DNA of 64,000 nucleotides from Spizellomyces punctatus DAOM BR117 (Eukaryota): NCBI GenBank assembly GCA_000182565.2, contig KQ257452.1; one strand, 5' to 3'. Shown piece by piece: positions 26,487 to 37,512 of this stretch (position 1 is its first letter; each line of letters starts with the position of its first letter). The notes under the pieces were generated by a model. It saw only the letters and a program-made list of their open reading frames with translations, ran no database searches and was not told where the DNA came from. The position numbers and the translations under genes were made by a program.

Positions 26487-26691
26487 ATCTCCCCACAAAT
26501 GGGGGCCACCTCTATGTAACTTTTGTTTTTGGTATCTCTTTCATAGTCTGCATCTCCATAGGGGATGTGCGCTTTTTACTTTTATCTATGATTGTCACAT
26601 TGTCTTGTCAAAACGTGCAATTAAAATAAATAGTCCGGTGTCGAGAGGTGGCAGAACGTTCATCTCGAATGTTTTACCATAAAAATTGGTT

Positions 26692-26779
26692 CTACTTGAT
26701 CATAAGTAGTGTAGAGGTGACAGAAACTGGCACTAGCTACTACACCAGGGAATAAACCAGCGACAACTGGTTCGGAAAA
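26692..26779 (-). ncRNA. Putative Fanzor omegaRNA, copy B: 73-nt scaffold 26779-26707 plus about 15-nt flank-derived guide CUUAUGAUCAAGUAG
   Basis: UUUUCCGAACCAGUUGUCGCUGGUUUAUUCCCUGGUGUAGUAGCUAGUGCCAGUUUCUGUCACCUCUACACUA; overlaps the right TIR; close to the recalled SpuFz1 scaffold. Confidence 0.8.
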
Positions 26780-27501
26780 GCTAAGCTACTACTAGGCAAT
26801 TATACACGCAATACGTAACGGTTGGTTTTAACCGGATAATTGCCCACCACCACACACGGTCCCTACTAGGCCTTGATCTGGAACTCTTGATGGCATTGAA
26901 GCCAGACTCTTGCATCCAGGAGCGAATCGACTGGGCAGCGTCACAAGCCAGAGGATGTTCAGTGACAAGGCTTGGAGACTACAAAAAAATGCATGTCAGC
27001 GACAGAATAATATGAAAAGAGATGATGCCATTGGTACATACCAACCAAGCTCAACTAATGTGGCAGCATAATAGTAGGTTTTGTTATCGGATCCGATTGG
27101 TTGCCGCTGGTTCTGATCACGGTTGCTGTCGGGCGGTCGAGGTCCTCGGCACCACCACATCTGCATGCTCATGGTTGACCGAGTCGCAATGAGGTTGCAA
27201 TGTGGGTCGCTATGAGGTTGCAATGGGTCGCGATGAGCGTTGGGCAGATGGTTTGAGAGTCGAGGATGGGTAAAGAGGAAAGAGGGAAGAGAGGGCAGGT
27301 CCCCTTTTATAGACCTTGAGTGTGGCAAAATGGGGTCCAGCTGAAAAGAAAAAAAAACATTACATTAGCATGCCACACCGCAGTTTGGAGAACATTAGCA
27401 GGACGCTTTCAGCGATGGGGGTTCTGATTATGCAATATAATTAACCGGATTGATCCGGATGATAATGGATACTAGTGCCATTTACTGTCAGCTCCACACT
27501 A
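26707..27501 (-). mobile_element. Non-autonomous Spu-1-like Fanzor 'ghost' element, 795 bp including terminal TA
   Basis: 30-bp TIRs with 26/30 match: TAGTGTAGAGGTGACAGAAACTGGCACTAG (26707-26736) and the reverse complement of 27472-27501; TA at both ends; no nuclease or transposase ORF. Confidence 0.8.
26828..27172 (-). CDS. Candidate micro-gene MSMQMWWCRGPRPPD... with a 63-nt intron (26979-27041)
   Basis: CTATAAAA at 27312-27305; GTATGT donor, GCTGAC branch point, T-rich TAG acceptor; motif shared with copy A. Confidence 0.45.
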
Positions 27502-28545
27502 TTGATGCATTCATTACATGCATATGTGGACCCAGTTTACGGTTTTCGAGACCTATTTCTGACAATTGTTGACAAAGGACATTTACAAGTCGTTCAATGT
27601 CGCCTGCGGTATGCCATTGAATGCGAACAAAAATGCAACTGAATCATGCTGTCATTTTGTTGTTTACGCCCTGATCTCGCTCAGTAATCATGTTTTGGTT
27701 GCATGCATCGTCCTTTCCAATGTACGGAGGATCGCTCCGAATTCAGGAATTTGGGAAAAAGAGTTCCGCCCTCCAATAGTCCCAATGGTAACAAAGTGGC
27801 ATCATCGTTTGACCACGCACTGATGAAATCCCTCAACGCGCGGACAGCCCTTGCAAGGGGGTACGCGCTACAAGCATCTCCGAGTGTGCTGTGGAAATGC
27901 CCCCGCACGAACTCAATGTTTGGACAAACCAAAACAGAATATAATCATAATCCGGGAAAATCCCAACCATCACAGCATGCAGAAACGCTGTCAATTCGGC
28001 AGTCTGTCCAAATCACAAAAAAAAAAACCAACGAAAAGGAGAGGGAGTTGAAGGGACATCCATGGCATGGCTTTTGGGCGCAGATGCTTCCTTTCTCCTT
28101 TTTTTCCTCTTTGAGTATATATCATGTCGTATGTGGACAAATCAGTTCAACCTCCTACTTACGCAATGAACAAAACCGCTTATCTCTTTTTTTTTTTTTT
28201 GGCTGTGTTCAGTCTTTGGTTTTTGAGGAAGGCGGTCGGGAGGTTCACGCCAGCGCGTTCATTGTCCTGTTGCTTTTGACAGCACCTTTGTCTTTTGGAC
28301 ATTTCCGTTTTGTTCCTTTGTGTTTGAATGTAAACCATTGTATTCCTTGTTTGTCATCGTCATCGTCACATTAAAAAGGAGTTATCTGCTGTCATCTTTT
28401 GTTGTAGCGTAGATTTGCTGCGCATGAGTCCACAGGAGCACTTTGTCTCTCCTTGCGCGTTATTTTGAATGCTTGGGGGTTGAGACAAGGGTGATAGGCT
28501 CATCGACATAAAAAAAAAAACCTACAGAAGAGCGTTTTTGGATTC

Positions 28546-31310
28546 ATGTTACAGAAACATCTCAAACGGGGTCGACGGGCAACTGGACGCCATCCCCGGC
28601 CGACTGTCCAGGACGTATTGGTAAACTGGGTCAACAATAAGGACAAGAATGGCAAGGCTGCTGAAGCTGCCGAAGGTAAAACAGAATGTTAAAACATGGA
28701 CAGTATTTGTCTTCATACTGATGGGAATATATTATTTCACGTCACCGATGACAGGTTTACCAGGTTTACCAGATACGACGACATCCTCTCCACCACAGTC
28801 GTTCTTGGGTATACCCGAGCTGGATATGACGTCCCCCTTTTTGACATTTTCGCCGGCTTCTTTGGCGAAAACCCTTGCGAAGAATGATGACCAAGCCTTG
28901 CTAGAAACCAAAGAGGAGTGGGACACAAATATAGACGACAAAATCCAGACAAACACAAAAACTATAACCCAAAACCCGACCATTCCCATATCATCCGACC
29001 AAGACCCCATCCCAACCCGATCCCTCACCTGTGCCTGCCAAACCCACCCCGGACGATGCGTACTTGATGCCGTTTACCGGATTGGAGCCAACGAGGCGGC
29101 GGGTGCAATATTTGGTGAAGGAGGGTCAGAGGTCATCGAAAGCGTTTGTGAGCGGAGGGGATGTACCGGTTCGTAAATGTGGTATATAAACGTGTCCATC
29201 ATGCATGCACTAAAACCTATTTTTTTGACTTGTTACTTTTAGATCTCAAAATTGAGAAATGGGGGCAGGATCGACATGGGCGATGGGTACGTAGGAGGGT
29301 TACGTATAAAATCCATGTGAAAGCTCCCATGTGTATGTATGCACATCCTAGGATAACATTCCAAGAAGCGAGTTTTCTAAAGTTTTTGTGTTTTCAGATG
29401 GAAATATGTTGACGGTGGCCATTGAAGATCAACATGTCGTCCAACACGAATACAGGTAATGGTGCTTTTTACCCGGTAGGGCAGACCAGCTGTAATCTCA
29501 ATGACTCGCCAAAACAGCGTCCTCGTTGTAGATGTGACGACCCTCACACCTTCCCTGCCTTATGGAACAGTCTTTTCAACGGTGCAACGATACTGCATTA
29601 CCCCAGCTGGTGTTGGTGGACAGCGAGGTGTGAGAGTGCGTGTTCATGCCTGGGTGGAGTTTTCCAAAAAGGTCATGTTGCAAGGTATGCATTTACATTT
29701 TTAAAACTCTGTTTGCAAACGTTATAGTTTGTTGATATTGGGAACGTCGGTTAGATGCGGTTACCAAAACAGCTTTGGAAAGCATGGCGCTTTCTACCCG
29801 ATACCTTGATGAAGCGCTCCTTCATCTCGCAGCGGGAGGAACAGGTCGACTACCTTACCACTACGAACGCCCATCCCGACAAACCGATATCCTTCCCGAA
29901 GACGTTCTGACTCACCGTGGATTAGAAACACCACCAGACTCTGGACGGACCTCTCCCACATCGTCTTCATCGACCTCTTCCCGTGCGTCCAGCTCGTCAA
30001 GCAGCAGTACCGATACATCCACACCATCCACGACATCCTCTACTGATTCGGCGAGACGAAGGCTATACGGTCCACGACCCATTCTGGGATCTGAGACGCC
30101 GTCTACACCCGCTTCGACCATTCACACGACCGTTGGGTCTACACCGGCTGGTATCACACCAACGGGTATCACACCCGGTGGTAGAGAAGCGGCACGGGAA
30201 GGATACTTTACAGGCGTCCCCGTGCCCAAACTCGATCGAAAACCAGTTGGACCAAGACCTTTTGGTGGGTGGCCACAATCCACACCAACAACACCAAAAC
30301 TCGAGACCGAACAAGCGGAAAAGCAAAACCGACATCCACCCATGGCAGTGGTATGGGAAGGCGGAAAATGGGTGGAAGCCCATCCGGCCATCGCTAAAAA
30401 GCTCGTCGCAGAAAAACGAGAAGGGCGCAAGAGGGTGCTGAAGAGGGAAGGTGGAGCTGTCGCTGTTTGGGCTGAAGGACGGTACATTGTCGCAGGGGAA
30501 CGAGAAACCAACCAAGATACGATAAAAGTACAAGCAACCCCCGACACAGCTCTGTCATCACCTATTACATCCACCCATCCACTCGTTACTTTATCTGAAC
30601 CTACCGCAACAAAAGACCCACCCTCGAAACCACTTAATGCATCCTACACCCGCCCACCAACTCCACCCTCAGCAGCACTCGTACCCAAAACCCCAGCTGA
30701 AGCAGCCGAATGGCGAGAAGCAGCAGCCAAAAGACTTGAAAAACATTTATCGAAAAAGAAAAGTATGGAGAACGCAAGTGGTGCATTGGTTGGAAGTGGG
30801 GAAGGTTTGGAATCATTGTCGGGAGTACCGTCACCCCAACTCGTATCTACCATTCCGCAAAGTCCGACTCCATCCGCCGTACAAGTAACACCACCAACAA
30901 CCCAACCAACTGAACCGACAACATCAACATCAACAACGGTTATCCCTTACACCCCACCACCCCAATCATCCACACCACGCCCCGTAACCCTCCTCATAAC
31001 CTTCCATATCTGCGGTATACTCCTCCTCCTATCCCAACTCGGTTTTTTCGGCATCCTACGATGGATCTACGTCCTCGTATCTTGGACACTCCGTACGCTC
31101 TTGTGGAGTATCACGCTCTTGTTTTTCCGTCGTACGCGTCCGTCTCCGCAGATTGTACATCATCAGGAACCCATCCCGGATTCGGCGTGCCGTGTACCAA
31201 ACAAAGAGGATGATGGAGTGGTTGTAAAGTGGGGTGAACTTTGTTTTTGGTGGGGTGTTGTTGTGATTGTGGTTTTGGGTGGTGTGAGGGGGTTGGTGAG
31301 GAGGGTTTGA
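28546..31310 (+). CDS. VASt (StART-like, LAM/Aster family) domain membrane protein (multi-exon)
   Basis: W...RRVTY and VVDVTTLTPSLPYGTVFSTVQRYCIT...VRVHAWVEFSKK match the VASt pattern; hydrophobic C-terminal segments. Start approximate. Confidence 0.7.
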
Positions 31311-31649
31311 TGGTATTTTGTGGGTTGCACGTCCGTCGTGGGTGTATGTCCATACAGTCTTGTAGCGCTGTAACTAGTGAGTGCTCTTTTTTGCTGTATG
31401 TATGTAGTGGCAGGTTCGTTTGATGGAATGTCAAGGCGGTGTGAACAAGAAACGTAGGAAATGTATTTGTACATCTGAATACACACACTCTAATGTTTAA
31501 AAACATAAAATAGGCGATGAAAAAAACGGGTTTCCGCATTTCAAACGAATAGAATCAGTTCAAGTGGATCGTACTACGACAGGATACTCCAAAAAAAAAA
31601 AATTAAGGTTTAAAACGACATCCAACCAACATACGAGAACTCATCCCGT

Positions 31650-33938
31650 TCAAACGACGGGAGGGACCACAATAGGACCAAAAGGAACACACACCCCCGT
31701 CTGCGTTCCTTCCACTCTAATCACCACATGCAACTCATCACCAACCACACATCCCACCCCCCAATTCCTTCGTCCAATCAATTTCTGATCCTTTAACGTT
31801 TTCCCATCCACGTCCTTGGGAAACATATCCAGCATCTCCTCCTTGACCCCATTGCCAAAGTCCAATTGTTTTGCGCTTGAATGTAGCATTTTGAGGACGC
31901 CTTTCGGTGGAGGGATGTTAACGATGGCGGAGGCGATGAATTGGTACATGAGGGTTGGATCTGTTGGGTTGGTTGGAGTAAAGAAGCGACCAACACCGGC
32001 GCAGTGGACGTCGCCGGATATGAAGGAGATGCGGGTACGTGTTTGGGAGGCGTGGGCTTGGAGGCGGGTTATGAGGGCCGTACGTTCGGGGGTGTGGTTG
32101 GGGTGGGTCCAATGATCGATCAGGTCGTCTGTAGGGAATGAGAACTCCAGCGTCAGTAGCAATTTAAACGAATAAAGAACTCTAAGCGACATACCAAGCA
32201 GATCCACCTCCCCAAACTGACTAATCACACCACTCATCAACCCACTCTTGCCCAAACCCTTTTTAACATTTCCAAGCACATCATCAATCGTGCCCTTTGT
32301 CTCAGCCTCCCATTGTTGCGCGTCGACTTTGAGACCCACTTTTCCCAATAATCGCCCAGCACTTCCAGCCACACTTCCCAGGCCCTTTCCAATCTCATTT
32401 ACAGCATTATTAGCTGATCGTTTTGTTTTGCCAAAGTGGGTTAATAAAGTTTCGGGTGCTTTGAGACGCGGGTAGACGATGGGAACTGCGAGCATGGCAA
32501 TGACGTGCTTGATGGTGGGCGGAAGGGTTCTGAGGGTTTGGAAAAGAAGGTTGTAAGATTGGGGTGAGAGGATTTGCATTGGGGTTCGTTCGCTGCGGGT
32601 GTCGGGACCGAAGAGAGCAACACTGGGTCCGAGGAGCTTGACGAAATGGAAAGTTTGACCATTAGGGGAAATGAATTCTCGTGCATGGGGTCCACCAAGC
32701 GCAGCAAGACGCATGGTAGTGTGTTGTTGGAAAAGTAAATAAAATCTCCAAGCGATACGTCCAATGTTTTGAAAGTACTGAGAGTGCTGAAGGTACTCTG
32801 GGTACGACCCATATCCGTCGAAAATGTCGTGATCATCAATTTGAAAAATGGAGGGAATGGAGGCCAGGGCTTCTCTAAGGTGCGGGGTCGCAAAATGGCT
32901 AGTGTACATGTTAAAGTAAAAGGAAGAGACTGCGAATTCGAGTTCTGGAGTCCATGGAGCGTTTCGACGGTTTTCTTTGCCCTTGATTTGAAGCCATGCT
33001 TTGAGGCCGTCAAGCTCCTTCCAGATGGGATCTCCATATATCCTACAAAACACCGAAACAAAAAACGATAATCAACAAACTCGTTCATAAATACCAAGAA
33101 CATTACCGCTCACATATATACTCACTGATCACCACCTCCCAACATGACATGAAACTCTTTGCCATTTTCACGATGAAGACTCAAAACATCCTTCCAAAGC
33201 GCACCCACACCACCCAATCGCTCCCTCTCTTCCTTGGACACGCTATTACTAAACCCACTACAAGAATAGAACGCAAACCGCCAGTTGCGATCATGCACAG
33301 AAGCTACGTGAAAATTAAAAGTTTGCTCTGACAATGCGTCTATGGAATATGTCCACATGGCAGGATAGTCCCCCATTGGGAGGGTGAGGTCGATACGGTG
33401 AAAAGTGTATTGGAGGTGGGTGTCAATCACGTTGGAGGGAACGTAGAGGGGGGAGGTACCGGGGAGGTTGGAATAGACCGTGGCCGTGACGGGGGAAGGT
33501 GAGCTGGTAAGAACAAGGATGGAACCTATTGCAAAAAAATATAGTAAAGATCCCATTCTCACTGATGATCCGCAACAAAAAAATATACATACCAAACCAC
33601 ATCCGGTTCCCCACATCCATATTTACATATCTCAAATACGGTCCAAATACTTGTCCGCTCTGACCCTTTTTCGATGGCATACTCTGCCCTGTAGCGGCTT
33701 CCGCGGCCGTTGGGTAGGGTGTCACTGGATACGGGGCACCACCATATGGTGCACCGCCATAGGACACGGGCGGGTACGCACCACTGGCAGTCGTTGGCGG
33801 ATACCCACTATTCACAAAAGGTGGCGGATACGATTGAACCGGATACGCAGGGTAAACGTCAGTGTGTGCAGCAGAGGGTTGCGCCGAGTAAGCTGGTGGC
33901 GGGCCGGATGGGTACGGATTAGGTTTCTCTGGGTTCAT
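31650..33938 (-). CDS. PhoD-like metallophosphatase with Pro/Tyr-rich N-terminus (multi-exon)
   Basis: FHVMLGGGDQIYGD, DDHDIFDGYGSYP, DTRSER, DDLIDHW and ISGDVH motifs. Confidence 0.85.
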
Positions 33939-34296
33939 CGTGACCAGTTCAAAGAATCGTCAAGCACAAGCTCGTCGTTCGTCGTCGTCGTTCGTTTTGT
34001 TGAAAGCGCTATTCGGCAAAAAGCCAAGCTTTTAACGCAAAGGGGAAAAGAACAGAATGCCCGATCTACTGTGCCACAACGCGCAGGTGGCGCAGCACTT
34101 AAGCCATTCCGCTTTGTTTATAATTCCCTTTCTTTTGTATTGCGAATGATTATTCATGCAAGAGGTTAGAATGCTTTTGTTACTCAAAATATCGAATTAC
34201 ATTAACAAGATCTTGTCCCATAACTGACATGTTGGTTGCCATGTTGAACCACAGCTGCTCAAGCCCAACCAACACCATCAGCAAACAAACGTTATT

Positions 34297-35283
34297 TTAC
34301 ATCCTTTGTTCCCCAACATCAAAATTGCCAGTCACTTTCCCCAACAAATGCTCACCATACACGACATCAGGCAACCTCTCGACCCCACTCTCTTGAACAC
34401 ATTTATCAATCGGCCGAACACGCGCATCAAAAGCCGGCTCATAAAAAAACGGTACCGAGATCCGGTAGACATTCGTTGAAGAATGTATCACGCGATGGAG
34501 GGTTGATTTGTAGATCCCGTTTGTCCATACCTGGATCATATCGCCTATATTGATAATAAAGGCATTTGGGAGCGGGGTAGGTGAAATCCATTTTCCATTG
34601 GAAAGAACTTGGAGTGCGTTGGGTGTAGAGTCTGCATTGAGGAGGGTGAGACAACCATAGTCGGTGTGTTCGCCGCAACTGAGGCCAGTTGAGGAGGAAG
34701 GGAGAGGAGGGTACCCAATCATGCGCATCACCCAAAAACCTTCTTGCATGTAGGGTTCGAAAAAGGTTTCACCGACACCCAACCCAAGTCCAATGGCTCG
34801 CATCATGGCAGCGCCAAGGCGGGTCATGGTCTGAACATAACTGTTGACGACGGTAGAGAATCGTTCAGGGTGCCGTGGAATAGGATTACTTCCACAAAGC
34901 GTTTTAATTCCCTTTTGCAAAAGGGATTTAGGAGCAGGCGCATACAAGTCAATCGCTTCATGCCAATCTTGAGCCTCCTGCGTGATATTCTGACCTAACC
35001 GTTGATATCCCCTCGCAAAATCGTTTTTTGTAATATGAATCTCCTCCTTTTCTTCTGGAGTCTGCTTGAAGAATTCGTGCGCTACCGTTCGAATCTCTGT
35101 CATCTCCTCTTGGGTGAGACCATGGCCCACAAGGTAAAAGAAGCCCACCTCTCGACAGGCCTTGTCGACAAGTTCGGCAGTGGCTTGACGGGCGAGTTGC
35201 ACATCGGGTGCATCGTCTGGAGCGAGAAATGGGGATATGTCGATAAGAGGGAGGGAGAGCGTCTGCTCGGTGGTTACCAGCAT
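34297..35283 (-). CDS. 2-oxoglutarate/Fe(II) dioxygenase (IPNS/DIOX family)
   Basis: LPLIDIS, ACREVGFFYLVGHG, HTD...H facial triad, RxS (RIS). Confidence 0.92.
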   Translation of the reverse strand: MLVTTEQTLSLPLIDISPFLAPDDAPDVQLARQATAELVDKACREVGFFYLVGHGLTQEEMTEIRTVAHEFFKQTPEEKEEIHITKNDFARGYQRLGQNITQEAQDWHEAIDLYAPAPKSLLQKGIKTLCGSNPIPRHPERFSTVVNSYVQTMTRLGAAMMRAIGLGLGVGETFFEPYMQEGFWVMRMIGYPPLPSSSTGLSCGEHTDYGCLTLLNADSTPNALQVLSNGKWISPTPLPNAFIINIGDMIQVWTNGIYKSTLHRVIHSSTNVYRISVPFFYEPAFDARVRPIDKCVQESGVERLPDVVYGEHLLGKVTGNFDVGEQRM

Positions 35284-35924
35284 GCTTGTTTTTTTGTTCC
35301 GTCGAGATGCCCCCATAATAAGTCTGCGCGTCACGCGATCGTCATCACGTGAAAATAAGGTAAGATTCGTTATCAACATGCGATTTGCACATTGATTGCA
35401 CGCACTAGGGGATATCCCATGTAGCCCCTCACACGTCCAACGGAAGACGCACAACGTACAAGAAACTCGCAAGAACGAAAAGGATGCAAGAAGCCCCGTC
35501 TTTTCAACGCACAGACAACAAACGCTGTTCAGAAAACTACAATGGCCGCTGCAGTGATCACAGCGGGCCTATCAATTCACGAACCAATAAAAAGGGAACA
35601 GGAATTTGACGAGAAATGATATGTATAAATATACAGATATTGCAAAAAAAAAGAAGAAAGAAAATGTCCCAACAAAATATAGATATGATATAAACCACCT
35701 CAACCCGCAAAAAAAAACGGAACCCAAATCTATGCATGGTCCCTGCTTCCTCCGTGCGTCCATCATTACCAGATTCCTGTTTTCATACGGAACGGACCGT
35801 GGATGGCAGGTAAATAAAGGAAACAGGTAACCTTCAAAGCCATCTACAAGAAATCACGTTCGTTTTCAAAAGGCCCAAAAAAAGTGTTATCCCTTTAAAA
35901 GATGGTATAATGGGTCGTATGATC

Positions 35925-37329
35925 TTAGCAGGCTCCGAGTAATGAAATATGCGCGTGCTCAATGTGATACTAAAATGGGGCAATGAGTCAAATGCGCATG
36001 AAAATAACGTGCATGAAAGATCTTTACCTTGAGACCATTAAGATTTTTGTACCGTTTTCCACAATCAGGAACAGTGCATTGGTATGGTTTGTGAATGATA
36101 TTGTTCATTTCTGGGTCCCCAGTGTCCTCACAGTGTCCGTGCTGCATGTGGTATTTGAGACCACCGGGATTCTTGTACGCCTTGGTGCAGCCCATCACCT
36201 TGCACTTGTATGGGCGATCGTCCTTTTGGGAATCGTCTGTCACCATGGCCATTGCATCGTAAGACATCGGTGTTTGTCCAGCTGCTGCAGGGGCGATAAC
36301 GGGAGTATCAAAGTTGGGGAGAGCAAGCGAGGCGGCGGTGGGTAGATGGAGGGGTTGGAGGTTAAGTGCAGCAGGAAGGGAGGGAGGACAGAGGGATTGT
36401 GGCATCGAGACGGGCGCTGGAGATGGGGAAGGAGCGGCAGCAGGAGCTGGTGTCGGAGCTGGGGAAGGTGTTTGCACGACCGATGGCGACGGCGCAACTG
36501 GTGGCTCGTCAATGTCCATATCGCTAACCATCTGAGTCGGTCCGTCTACGCTAAACGGCAGCGTGGGTTGTTGCTCTGGCTGCTGTGCAGGTTTGACTTT
36601 TTTGACCCGGGTAGAGGTGGGGCCAGAGGTGACGCGTTTACGTATCACTGATGTGTCAAAGGCAGATGCAGTCGAACCGGATCGATTGCTAATTCGGTAA
36701 TCTTCGGAAAAGATGTCAGACAAGGCGACTGCTTGTGTTGGGTTGGTTTGGGATTGCAAGAGCTGGGATTTGAGGTAAATGTCGGAAAAGGTGGTGGGAT
36801 GTGAGGAAACGCTGTCGCCGTCGCTCATGTCCGTGTCCATCTCGTCCATACTCTCAAACTCAAAAGGGAGATCCTCGTCCTCGTCGACATCGGATTCGAC
36901 GCGGACATGGCACTCTTCAAAATGTTGTAGCAGATCATGCAGGTTTCCTAGGTTCATGCCACAGCAGAAAAAGTCTTTGCAGAACCGGTCTTCAAGTCCG
37001 GCAAAGTGCGCCAGCTCGTGTGCTGGCGATGCAGCAACCACGGGAGACCGTGCGCCAAATTGAAAGTTGTAAACACTGGGAACCGGGTGAGCTTTCGGGA
37101 AACGATGCACAAAGCAAGCACACTACACGCATACATACTCTAAAAATCCTTCTCTTGTATAACTGTTGCGACCAAAGCTCCCTGTAAAAGAGCGGCCAAG
37201 ACTGGTGCCGAGAGATTTTCCCAAGCTCCCAATAATGGAGAAACGTCTTCTGTACGCAGCTGTGTCACCGCCGGGTGTTGCTGGTGAGCACGCCATTGCT
37301 ATAGGCATGGAAACGTCGATCGCTGGCAT
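35925..37329 (-). CDS. SFP1: Split zinc-finger transcription factor Sfp1
   Basis: FCKDFFCCG...LHDLLQHFEECH; RPYKC.VMGC.KAYKNPGGLKYH; KPYQC...GKRYKNLNGLKYH after splicing. Confidence 0.88.
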
Positions 37330-37512
37330 GGCGAACGGGTTACGATTGTTAAGCGTAAGCTGAAGCTAAATACGCTGAAAAGGGGGGCGGGGGGAGGAGG
37401 GATTTCGGTCTTTATATAAAAGCGCGTCTTTGACAAGTCACGCTATGCACAGGGTGTCCCAAAGGGGTGGAGGAAAAAGGATTGGGCCAAAAGGTGCGGG
37501 GAAGAGACAAAA

